A stretch of DNA of 63,998 nucleotides, filler included, from Diploschistes diacapsis (Eukaryota), in NCBI GenBank assembly GCA_023645945.1. It is 4 parts of 4 records of this genome, joined end to end, with 100 filler letters (N's around TTAATTAATTAA, not from the genome) between each part and the next. Parts side by side here need not be neighbours in the genome. Positions count along the whole stretch, not along the records: positions 32,739 to 48,995 come from JALAIB010000517.1; positions 49,096 to 63,998 come from JALAIB010000580.1; 2 more parts are not named here. One strand, given 5' to 3'. The notes under the pieces are model-generated. The model was not told where the DNA came from and ran no database searches. It worked only from the letters and a program-made list of their open reading frames with translations. The translations under genes and the position numbers were made by a program. Below, piece by piece: positions 39,697 through 51,685 of this stretch (position 1 is the stretch's first letter; each line of letters begins with the position of its first letter).

Positions 39697-41669
39697 ATGA
39701 GTGGAATTGAAGCGGCGGGCATTGCGCTTGCCATCTTCCCGATCGTGCTTAGCGCGCTTGAAAATTATCGTCAAACTGCAGAGGTGGTAGGGGATTGGTG
39801 GAAGTTCAAGCGAAAATACGTCAAATGCAAGCGAGATGTCGAGTATCATCAGATCGCTTTTGCATCTAATCTAGAGCAATTGCTCCTTCCCCTCGTTTGC
39901 AACGATGAGGAAATTGGCATACTCATGTCAGATCCAGGCGGTGCAAGCTGGGATTGTGAGGAATTGGACCTGAAGCTACAGGGGAGGCTCCCAAACGCTC
40001 ATGAGGCGTACATGGCCTCGATCAACGAGATCAACGATGTAATGAAGAGGCTGACCCAGGAATTGGGACTTGACAAGGACTACCTTGATGCCAGGCTACA
40101 ATCCACAAGGGTAAGCCAGAGTTCGCAATTCTTCCCCTAGTATTATCATATCAAGCTTTGAATGGAGGATTAGGAGGAACTATGAATTTTGATATATGGA
40201 GCCGCTGAATCTGATTGCCTACAGGACAAGGCCGACGGCAGGAGCCCGGAGGCACAACGAGCAATTACAAAGCAAACCTTGGATTTCCAATTCCAGCGAA
40301 TCAAGTTTGCTCTAAACCAGTCGAACCGCGAGAAGTTGTTCCAGGAGTTCTCCAAGTACAACGATCGGTTACGAGACCTATTGAAGACAGCGGACAAAGT
40401 TAGCGGTCTACGAAAAGACCAATCGTACAAGAACCATTCGCCAACAGTCTCTATACTGAAACAATTCTGGCATCATGCCGGTACCTTGTATAGGCTTCTT
40501 GCAAAAGCTTTCAAAATGCCAGTGTCGAGCCTCTCACCACGTCAACCTTCGGCTTCAACACCGTACCGTTGCAGATATTGAGTTCAACGTCATGTTTCTC
40601 TTCTCCCTGGTATCTGGCTGTGATCGTCCCTGGGGTTGGCGCGATACAGAGATAAAAATTTTGAAGCGAAAAAAGGAGCCAAGCAGTCAATTGCTGTCAC
40701 CAACTAGGACCATCTCGCCAGCAAATGTAAGCTCTACGAGCAGCCAAATGACTTCGATTTTACGTAAATTTAGGAAGATCTCAAGCTCCGATACCCATAA
40801 ATCTTTGTAGGTTACTCGTGATCACCGAGATGTGCATCATTAACCAATATAGCTCTTCAAGTGCCACTTTAGTCACGACGGTCACTACTCGACGAGCCAC
40901 TGTCGCCTGGCCGGACGATGTAGTGTCCCTCGATAAAGACCATGAGACGCAAAGCATGCGACCAAAAGAAATTGGAGACCTTTGTGAGACACTAAAAACA
41001 TGCCCAGCTGACGGACATGAATATCTTGGTGTGCTTAAAAGCGAGGAAGACGTCTACACAATTCAACCAGCAGATCCAGCGGTTGACGTAATCAATGTCA
41101 AGGAGAAGTTAACCTTACAAGATCTCCTCGAGCACAAAACCGGACTCGGCCTGACTCGACGGCAACGCTATAGCATTGCGGTTGCCGTGGCTTCTTCACA
41201 AGTACAACTGCAATCAACACCTTGGTTGACAACAATATGGGATAAGAAGGACATTCACTTCTTCTACGACAAGTCGAACCCTCAGAAGATACTACTCGAC
41301 CAGCCCAGACTGTCACGCAGTGTGAAGCAGAGTAGCGAGGAGGTCGATAATGCGCAGTCTAAGAGTGACCGAAGCATAGCCACGCTGGGGATCCTGCTAC
41401 TCGAGCTCTGCTTTGGCTCTGCATTAGAGTGTCACCCCATAAGAGCTAGGTATCCAATAATCGAAGGTCAACCCAATCCTTACCTCGATCTTGCCGCTGC
41501 CCTGGAATGGAGCGAACAAGTGAATGAAGAAGCAGGTCCGGAATTTGCCAGTGCCGTAAGCTGGTGCTTGAAGAGCAATTGCACAAACGCCATGAACAAT
41601 GACTGGAGAGTGGAGATTTATGAGAACGTGGTAAAACCTTTGCACGAGTGTTACCAGCATCTGCTGTAG
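39697..41669 (+). CDS. HeLo/SesA-like N-terminal domain plus kinase-like (DUF7580-like) C-terminal domain; one +1 frameshift at ~40513
   Basis: MSGIEAAGIALAIFPIVLSALENY; CQC..HHVNLRLQHR; LTRRQRYSIAVAVASSQVQLQSTPWL..WDKKDIHF; LGILLLELCFG; FASAVSWCL; IYENVVKPL. Intron 40111-40224. Confidence 0.75.
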
Positions 41670-41905
41670 TTATAGATATATCATCAAGCCCAAATAATCA
41701 AGCTTTTGCTCTTGTCCATTTGTGTATTGTAGAAGCGGTTCCCCTAGTTATCTTTGCTAGTCCGAGTTGTCTGAGAAGCAAGCTTCGGAGAACCCTATCT
41801 TATCTCCGGGACAAAATGCTTTCACATGTTACGATTCTATATTTTTATACCTCTCTATCTTGCTTGAAGCTGAAGTAAATGATTCAAAACCCGAATTAGG
41901 CCTGA

Positions 41906-43450
41906 ATGGCCCACATCTGGCTCAACTCCCTGCAAGCGACACCTTTGTTGCGTATACGAGTCGCACCTTGCATCGGCCGTACGGTGAGATCTGCATCGAC
42001 AACCAGCGAAGTCCCAATCTACGATGTAATCTGTGTTGGAGGCGGCCCAGCGGGCCTGAGTCTGCTCACTGCGCTCCGTAGGCATCCTTCCCAAGCGTCT
42101 CCCACTCATATCTGACAGAAACCGACAGGCTCATCTTCATCCACTTCTTCCTTAAAACTAGCTCTAATCGAAACGCACGACCTCACTGGCCCATCAACAT
42201 TGTCTCTCCCGCCAGGCCACTACTCCAACCGTGCCAGCTCCCTCACGCCGTCCTCGAAGAATTTCCTCGAAAAAATTGGCGCTTGGGACAGCCTCGACAA
42301 GTCCCGCATCCAGCCATATCACAACATGCAAGTATGGGACGGTATTACCGGCTCGCGCATCTCCTTCGACTGGCAGGAGGCCCACCCAGAAAGCGGCAAC
42401 ACTACAATAGCCTACATGACCGAAAACGACAACCTCTCGCGTGCCCTACTCGCACGCCTCTCATCCCTGGGCGGGACAGACCTCTTGCACTCCACCAAAG
42501 TATCTAACATCTCCCTTGGCCCTCCCTCGTCCCATCAGCAAGAACACCAAGAACCAAACGCTAGCACACCCCTCAACCTCTCCTCCTACCCCCACCTCAC
42601 CCTCTCCACTGGCTCCACCCTTGCCGCGCGCCTCCTCATTGGCGCTGACGGCCCCTCAAGCCCCGTCCGGGCCTTCGCCGGGATCGGGAGCAGCGGCTGG
42701 GACTACGACCGTCACGGCCTCGTCGCCACCCTGCGCCTGGCCACCGAACCCGACACTAGCACCGCCTACCAGCGCTTCCTGCCCACCGGCCCCATCGCCC
42801 TACTCCCCCTCCCAGGCCCCTTCACAACGCTCGTATGGTCCACGACCCCCCGGCGCGCCGCGCACCTGAAATCGCTGTCCCCGCCCGACTTCGCCGCCCT
42901 CGTCGACGCCGCCTTCCGCCTCTCCGCCGTCGACATCGACTACATGCACACCATCTCCACCGGGCACGCGGACGAGCTATCCTGGCGCCTGCAGCACACG
43001 CCGCAGCTGCTCGAGGGAGCGCAGATCCCGCACCGCGTTGCCGCCGTACAGGAGGGGTCCATAGCCTCCTTTCCGCTGCGCCTGCGCCACGCGGACACGT
43101 ACGCGACGCACCGCGTTGCGCTGGTCGGGGACGCGGCGCATACGATACACCCGCTTGCGGGCCAGGGGTTGAACATGGGTCTTGCGGACGTGGAGAGTCT
43201 GGTGGGGATCTTGCGGTGGGGTGTGGAGCGGGGTATGGATGTCGGGGATCAGTTGACGTTGGAGAGGTATAATACGGAGCGGTACGGCGTGAATCATGGG
43301 CTGTTAGGGGTGGTGGATAAATTGCACAAGCTTTATTCGTGGGGGGGCGGGCCGGTGGTGGGGTTGAGGAGCTGGGGGTTGAGAGCTGTGGATGGGGTGC
43401 CGGGTTTGAAGGGATGGTTGATGAGCAGGGCTGCGGGGAGTGGAGCTTAA
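41906..43450 (+). CDS. COQ6: Ubiquinone biosynthesis FAD monooxygenase Coq6
   Basis: Mitochondrial-type presequence, YDVICVGGGPAGL, YSNRASSLTP, LLIGADG, AYQRFLPTGP and GDAAHTIHPLAGQGLNMG. Intron ~42078-42128. Confidence 0.93.
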
Positions 43451-43564
43451 CAATAGCGGTTACGAGTTCAAGACCGGTGCCAAGGCCGCATTGTGGCGGT
43501 TTTCGCTCAGTATGTCTCTCGAACTCAACTCGTATCTACAAAGTGGAACGAGTAGCTAGTCCAG

Positions 43565-46500
43565 CTACTTCCGATCCAGGCGCAGCAAAAAGTCCAAGTC
43601 CACGTTCACGAAGCTTTTCCACAGATCAACCTCCAGCTGCCACGGCCTCGTCTGGATCGCAAACGTCATGGCGGTCGCCACCCGCCTCAGGTGCTCCTCG
43701 TCCTCGCCTAAGATGATGAACAAGTCCCGCTTCACCCTCACGTACGAACCCAGTTTGTCGTCATACGGCGCCAGCCGCTTGTACGCGGCCTGGTGGATGC
43801 TCCATTCCGAGCCCGGCATGTCCTTGGGCACGAACCTGAAGGCCCAGACGCGCTCCAGGCCGTCGAAGAAGGAGCAGTTTACCCGGTTGTCCATGCCGAG
43901 CATCAGCGGGTAGAAGTGCGGCGCGGACCAGAGGCGGAGGAGGGCGAAGCGGGCTTTTGGGCGGTGCTTGGCGAAATGCGTAGCGTGCGTGAGGTAGGCC
44001 TGGGCGGAGACGGTGGGGTCTTCCAGGCGTGCAGGGATTCTAGGCGGGCCTTGGTTACGGTAGTCGATGTAGAGGTCGCAGTGGCGTCCGGGCTCTTTGG
44101 CGACGATGGCGGCGCCTGATGCGCCCGTTGTGTAGAGGTTGAGGATGATTCCCTCTTTGAAGATTGCACTACACGTTAGCGGGCTGGAAGCGAAATGGGA
44201 CTCAAACTTAGTTCTCGATAGGGGCAACTCACGCTTAGCGATGATTGGCCGCATGGCCTTCTGCCACTCGAGTGGATATTCTTCAAGCATGTATACGGAA
44301 GTCGTTCTCTTCGCTTTGTCCTCCTTGTATCGTGGGAGCTTCTCATCTTCCAGCAGCTTATCCCATTCGGCCCAATGCGCTTTGGGCATGCACTTGTTGC
44401 TGTCGTGTCTGCGCCGGTCCAGCAGAAACTTTGCCCTTTCGACTTGATTCAAAAGCAGTGAGTCTCTGTACGGTGCGCCTTCCTCGGATTCCAGCCATCT
44501 GCACGATGGAAAGAAGAAGCCCATCATGGACATTGCAACGGATATATCGTTATAAGTGCGCCGATATCCGTTTATCTCAACGTTCAACCAGTATAACGTC
44601 CGGAAGCCCTTCCAGCTTGCGCTTGCCGACATGCCGGTTGAATTTCCGATCTTTCCTGACCATTTCCAGTACCTGCTCGTACCTTTCGCTAGCACCGGGC
44701 TCGAGATCCGCTTGATGCCAACTATGTTTGAATGCTACGAAACTAGTCAGTCACCCAGTGCAAGCAGATAAGATGAGAGGTCATGGACCTATAGATTTTT
44801 CTCTTTCCATGAACTCCATGAAATGCTCGTGCATGTCACCGTAATCACCAACTCGGTACTCTAATGAGTCCATCGCTTGTTCAGCTGCCCAGCCCGCCAA
44901 GTTGGTGATTTCGTCGGCATCCTTTGTGCGTTGTGCATGCTCGAGCCCGTTTCACATCTGATTTTCGAATACTCGGAACAAGACATGCTTCACGACCTCA
45001 TCTTGTAAATCAATATCAAGTTCTGGACCACCGCTTCTAGTTGTTAAGGCTTGCTTGCGAGGATTATGTTTATGTTTTGGATAGTCTGCTTCATCTTCCG
45101 CTAATGGGCCCTCGTCAGACCCATCTTCGGATTCCTCGTCCTCTGGCCCGTCCTCGTTAATGTCCATGAAATAAGGATCTTTGACGAATTGTTCTATCAG
45201 AAGGGCAGGATCTTCTTCCATCCTCCCAACGGCGCCGACGAATCTGGACGCGAGAGATAGGTCAACACCTGTTTGGGATTTGCGGGCCAAGGCCAGGGCT
45301 GTTGATTGGTTTTCAGGCCCAGGAGGGTAATCGCTGTCTGCTGGGATGCCTTCTGGAAAGAGCACCGCGTCTTCCAATGCGTCATCTTCCGTGTATGCCA
45401 GATACGAAGGCATTTCATTTGAGCCATGCTTTCCGTACGGGTCCATGAACGACATTGTAGTTTCATCGTGGTAAAGGACGTCGCAAGCGGTTTCGTTCTC
45501 AGGTTGAGCGTCGCGGGAAAGCTCGGTATCTTTGTCGATAGTGATAGTCCTCAATATCGGCGCGGTAAGGGCGTAGACGTCTTTCGCTTGACAGAACCGA
45601 TGGGCCTTAAAAAGTGACTGCAGAGTGTGAGCCCTCTTACGCTTTAGGCTTGCAGTTTGACTTACTCTTGTAACTACGCTATTGATATTATGAAATGATA
45701 GCCCGGGCTCGAAATCCCACACATACACGTCGTAATACTCTGTGAAACCGAAAGACCATTGCCTCCACTCGTCCATCGTCTCGAAGAACTCCTTACCAAC
45801 CGATTTCTCAATGACATAATCCTGCTTTGCTGCTCTTCCAACGCCTGTCTTACTCCTTACCAACTAGTTTTGCTCCACGGGAGGCTTCACGACAATCTGA
45901 CCTGTTTTTCCATCCCTTATCATAACCACCACCCTTTTGGTATCCATTGCTAAATACTGAATGAATCGACGGCTGACTGGATCGTTGCGCTTTATATAAC
46001 CGCAAAGGAAGTTCCTCGCCTCGCTACTGTCATGCATTCGGGTACCTCCGCCGCGGGAGCCACTTTGAAAGCGTTGCGTAGCAACTCGTGCCCCGTGAAA
46101 ATAGGAATAAGTCACGAATCCCTTTTAAAATCTATCAGTATTTCAGCCGCAACAAGTAGTTTCGACTTGCCAGTTCTAAAAGCTGTTTCTTGACGATATC
46201 CATCATGGAGGACGCCCATTGCCCACTCGGGAAATATCCCTGCAAAGCAAGGATGCTAAGCTCAAAGAATTCATCCCAGTTGCGACACAATCGAATGGCA
46301 TCAGCAAGGGTCGAGTCTTTTGCCATGACCGAGAACTGTAGCCATCCTCCTCTCTTCATCGTCTTTTCGCTTGGGTAGTTCCAAACGGAACAACCACATA
46401 TTTTGATTTTGATTTTCTTGACAATGAATTGGCCGTTGTCGTCAATTTCACTAAAATCAACGTAAGTTCCTGATTTGTCTTGTTGTTTCTCTTCGCGAGG

Positions 46501-48187
46501 AGCCCAACTAGATCGTCCTCTTGATTGTCCTGGCGAAATGCTTCCCGCATTTGTCGCTTGCGTCGTTCCCTCTTCGAGAGCCATTTGTCTGGCACTGCTC
46601 CCTTTTCCTTGAGAGAAGCAAATCTTCGGGCCGGTTTCTCCAAAGGCTTATCAAGGGAGTCGTCGCTCTCGATAGGATCGTTGTCTGCCTCGTCACCGCG
46701 AACTAGATCAGCACATGCATCCCTTATAATATCCAAGGAAGGCTTCTCCATTTTCAAGCACAGGTCACGGAGGTCTGTGGTAGAGATTGATTCATCTTTA
46801 AGAAACTCCTGAATGCTATTGGCTCGGTAGGCTGCTGGGAGAAGATTTGCTTGGGTAAGCAGGAGACGACAAAAAAGCAGCTTTTTGATTTCGACAACAT
46901 CTTCAATCAATCGATCAACCTCCTCATCACCCATGGGAGCTATTCTCATCTGTGTAGGTCGAGCTTTAATCCATGCTTCTACCATGAAGTCACTAGGAAT
47001 TTCAGATCCCTCCTTAAGCCGTTGTCGCATTTCGGCTCTGGTCTCGAGATTGGATTTGTCAGTCTGATATCCTGCGGCTTCCGATTGTCTCGTGGCTATT
47101 GAGTTTTGAGATTGAACAGCCTCGGTGCCTTCAATAGCCGACTGTGGAACCTTCGCCTTCTTTGACTTCCTTTTCTTGCCCTTTTTTGGTTGTTCCACAC
47201 CTTCCGGCGGCTGGTTATCATGATCAATCGCGCTAGTGGTATTGGGATGACAGCTCTCTGCTTCAAGGGACGTGCCATAGGCACTGGGAACATTCACTTC
47301 AATTGCAGGACGATCAAGTGCAGGCAGCTCTTCTAATTGCAGTGCTTGAAGAGATTCGTCTTGCCATAAGAAGTACCTGAGAAGATCAACGAAACTACCT
47401 CTGTCATCTTCCACCACATCGTCAATCGGATCCCATTCTTCCTCGTCTTCAGTTTCAAACTCCCTTTGAACGAGATTGTCCTTATACGCACGCTCCAAGA
47501 ATGCTTCTCGTCTTTTGTGTTGCTCCTTCTCCTGCTGTCGCCTCTTTCGAGCTTGCATGGCCCTCCAATGCTGCTGAAACAAGACTGTCTCTCGTTTTAC
47601 CCTGTCCTTTTCTTTCGACCGGCTCCTCTCATCTTCATCTTGGACCTCTCGTACCCAGTCAAACCATTTCATTTGTTGGAAAAGCACATCTGCAAGCCGG
47701 CGTACGACACGTTCGATCGCTCGAACAACGATTGATTTCTGATTTGCGAGGCCATCTAGGATATGTTGATGGCCATAATCCATATTAAGAGCAAAGAACC
47801 GGCTATAGTGCAGCTTTAGTGCACGAATAACCCGCTCAAGAAGATTGTAGCGCTTCGTAAGGTGCCATTCGACATTCTGGAGTTCCTCTTCCGACTCCAG
47901 GTCCTGGAAGGTGTTGTTAATTAGGGCGGCCTTGTTTTGCTTCAGATAGACAGGAGGGTTAGAGATCAACTCGTCCAGCTCCGCATTGCGTTTCTTATAT
48001 CCTCTATAGAGCCCTGAAACTTGGTCAGCGCAATTTGTAGTCAGACTAAGCTGCACTTACCTTGGCATTGCCGCGAATGGAAGCTACAGAATAAGCCATT
48101 TGTAGAAGTCGCAACCTCCGGACATGGGCTTTCATCTGGAAGGTTTAATGCTGTACATATACGGCCTCCAGACTGCTCATCAGCCAT
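43565..48187 (-). pseudogene. Large fungal protein of unknown function, disrupted
   Basis: Blocks FCSFHSRQCQGLYRGYKKRN, GGWLQFSVMAKDS and ARFALLRLWSAPHFYPLM..FVPKDMPGSEWSIH. In-frame stops at 45864 (TAG) and 44952 (TGA); frameshifts at ~46495 and ~44640. Confidence 0.7.
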
Positions 48188-48856
48188 CGTTATAGTAACT
48201 AGATACTGCGAACAAGAGCCGCCCAAAAGCTGCAAGACTTAGACTTCTAAGAAAGGGGTTTTTAAGGAAACAAGATTCGAAAGAAACAGTCTAAATAGCG
48301 GGATACAGATGTTCATGAATCGGAAAAGGTATGTAAGAAACCACTTATCAGTGACATGAAATGAAGCGGTGACTTATACCAAGACTGTTAGGCTCACCGT
48401 TGAAAGTAGCTCAGATGAGGGGCAACTTGAAGGCACGAAATCAACATGAGATGCTTGCACAAGAAATACCTTCTCTTCGCCATAACAGCAGCGTACAATT
48501 AGTTTTTATCTTCAGAAAGCAATAGTCGACGACGTGTAATATAAGTACAAATTAAGAAATTCCAGCGAAGTCCGACGAGCCATTTGAGGGGCTGGAGCTA
48601 CTCCCGAGTCCTTGTTGCCTCCCAGCTGGAAATTTATCTACAACACCGCGAGCAATTTCCTAAATTTCGAACTTTTGCAAATACTTGCCTGAGTACCTAG
48701 TATATACCCAACTCAACCGCATAGAAGCCTCGGTTTTGACTGTCGCTTTGCAGAAATTTTGTATACATTAACCTCTCAGCCTGAACGATAAACCCAGTGC
48801 CAGTTGCGCCCGCCCTCTATTCTCCGGCTGGTGCTTCCATTTCCATTACCATCGCC

Positions 48857-48892
48857 ATGGCGGGCTCCTTTGCCGCTAAGCGCTTGCAAAGA
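48857..48892 (+). CDS. First exon of a probable ubiquitin-conjugating enzyme (E2), cut by the contig end
   Basis: GCCATGG context; MAGSFAAKRLQR followed by a GTAAGT donor. KRLxRE is typical of E2 helix 1. Confidence 0.4.
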
Positions 48893-48995
48893 GTAAGTCT
48901 TCTTCCCAATCTTCCCCTTGCCTTTCCTCTTCCCGCAGCAAAATTAACAACCCCAGGAACTCCCCAAAGTACCTCTCCTCCTCCCTCCCCCATCC

Positions 48996-49095
48996 NNNNN
49001 NNNNNNNNNNNNNNNNNNNNNNNNNNNNNNNNNNNNNNNTTAATTAATTAANNNNNNNNNNNNNNNNNNNNNNNNNNNNNNNNNNNNNNNNNNNN
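48996..49095. other. Artificial contig linker
   Basis: N44-TTAATTAATTAA-N44. Confidence 0.97.
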
Positions 49096-49463
49096 GTTTG
49101 AAGAAGGGACGGGATCGTAATTAGGGGAAGTGGAGGCACAAGGGAAGGAGGGGGAGGTTGTCTGTAGCTGATCTGTGCCGAAAAAGGCGGAAGGCGTGGG
49201 TAAAATACCTGCGTTGTCGCTGGTTGTACATAATGCATGGCAGACATGAATTGAACCAAGCTGCCTCTGGAAGACGGCCATGGGAAAAAAACGTTCGATA
49301 TGTATTCGGTGACGAATCCAAGGCTTCCAAGTTACAAAAACACATTGGATACGCTCCCCGCCATCACGATCTAAATTGAAGCTGTAGGCTGCTGGAGAAC
49401 TGAATATAAGAACTATTGTTTTTGCTATTCGAAAAAGGCTTCAAGCCAAGCCAACTCCGAACA

Positions 49464-51194
49464 TCAGCTCCTACTTTGTCCTCTGCCGCAAACCGCGAAC
49501 ACCATTTCCGAGTCCGCCAGGCCAAAGGCCCATTCCCCCCTCCGACCCTTCGCGCGGTACCGCATCCACCTCGACGTCGTGGTCGGGGCACCATGACGGC
49601 GGCAGCGATGTTGGGACTTCTCCGTTGTGGGCCGCACCCACCGTCCGCCGACGGGGGGCTCGAGGTCGTAGCGCATGACGAACATGGTGAACGACGGCCA
49701 GGAATCTCGGTCGTCGAGAAGTGGCGGCCCGGGAACACAGGGTCGAGCCGCCGCCGAAGCCGCGGAAGGGCGCTGGGGATCGCGCCTGCTGCTTCGAGCC
49801 GGCGCGCCGGGACGAAGCGCTCGGGGTTGAACTAGGCGGCGTCCGGCCCCCCAGATGCTCGCGTCGGTGTGCAACGACCCTCGACACGGCATGAGCAGGG
49901 TCCGTCCCTTCTTGAGCAGGTATTTTGCCGTCCAGCATCGTGTCCTCCATGACTTTGCGGACGCTGATGCCGAGCGTCTGCTGGCGCAGCACCTCGGTGA
50001 AGACGGAGGTCAGGATGCGGGCAGTTGGTTTTCACCTTGGTGATGTCGAGGCTTCGCACTGTTTTGCCCGGCGGGATTGGTGCTTACGGTCATGAGGATG
50101 CATGTTTCGTTCCTTACCGCCTGGAGCACTTTTGGGTATGAATATATGTAAAAAAGAATCCAGAAGCTGGCCGACGTTGTGTTGACGAGGATCGCGAGAC
50201 TCCCGCCAACTTGGTGTACCGTGCAATGTCGTTGATGGGGATCTTGTTGTCCCTGCTGTTCTTGTACCGACTCTGGACCAGTACCGAACCACGTTCGTGG
50301 TGTCCCTGACGAAAGTATGTATCAAAAGCTTCGATCATGACCTCACGAGCCTTGTAGCCCTTCCGAGCAGTCAGGGAAGGCATTATATTCAGCAAGATCA
50401 TATTAAAGTCGTCCTCGAAATCCCTGATCCATGCGAGATTCAGTCAGCCAACAGGATATTGATCAAATGTTTTCTAAAGACTCGCCAAAATGCTTTCTCA
50501 ACCTTAGCGTCTTTAAAGGGATTCCTTGGTCCATATACAGAGTTAGTAGTGGCCATGGTGACTTCATGAGTGAGCCACTGTGCGAGATTAATCCGATGAG
50601 CCTTCTTGGTAGACTGGAGTTTCTCTGGGGAGGCCGCAACATTCTGGATCATCGCTCTGTTCATTGAGTCTAAAGCGTAACCCGGAGCTAACGCTGGCTG
50701 CAGAATCTTATAGAAGGTCATGGTATATCCCCAATCTCCTTCGCCGTTAACGTTGACTTTTGAGGATATCGTTTGCTTTCTGGCTCGATGCACAAACAGC
50801 CATGGAGAACTCTGCGGCTACTGGAGGAAATGCCCAACGCTTTCGGCATCTTCTGAATCATCTTGATCAGATCGATGGAAGTTGTGACATAAACTATCGA
50901 CCCCGCCATGTTCAGACTGTAGATCGATAGACCAAATTTTTTGCTATTCAAGTCGTAAGCCTTCCTTCACTACCCAATCCTTCCTGCCTGTTCATGGAAT
51001 GAATGAGAGTGTTACCGTAGATAGCCATAGTAGTCTGCTTCCTGTCTGAAAATGCCAATGATGTGCCCAATGAAGGGAATGCTGGACGGTATGCAAGGCG
51101 GTTCCTGAGCATCTTGTTTGACATAGAGCGCCCGACGTGCAAGATAATAGAAAGCGGTCAAAAACCCCATGGCCAAGAGAGGAACCACCTGCAT
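49464..51194 (-). pseudogene. Cytochrome P450 (CYP7-like fungal group), heavily frameshifted
   Basis: EPPCIPSSIPFIGH, EVLR (ExxR), FNPERF and heme motif FRGFGGGSTLC-PGRHF are split over three frames. In-frame TAG at 49832. Confidence 0.85.
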
Positions 51195-51685
51195 TCTTGC
51201 TTATAGATAGGGTATCTTGCACCAACGCAACAATATAATGAAAAGCTCTCTTTCTGCTTAGATTCAGTGAATGAGAAGTAGTATCATAGTTCCCCGATTA
51301 CCGCCCGGCCAAATCTCTCGTCAGCGCCATTGCGCGATATTATACCAAAGTGACCTCTGGAACAAAAGGTTAGCGCCGATTAGTACGACGCCGGTGCTTT
51401 CGGGATATTTTCATTGCGGAAGTGTAACCACACAGAGAGGCATGTCGGTACGACTGTGAGAGTTTCTGTGGGCATACGATGGGGGACACACCCATGTCAT
51501 ACTTTATGAACAACCTCTGGCATCGATCGCAGAGGTCGCGCCCGCAATAACTGATATTAACCAACACGAAGCCGAGGCGGAAAGGAAAAGAGTCTTGAAA
51601 ACAACCCATCTCGCATGGGGACAGACCCTAGTATCGATTCACTCCGTTTCTAACAGCAGGAGCTGAGTCGGGCTGGATGCTGGGC

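Noticed and set aside
49364..50059. GC-rich overlapping ORFs resembling a bacterial or mobile insert
   Set aside because: They are the frameshifted 3' end of the P450 (ExxR, PERF and heme motifs).
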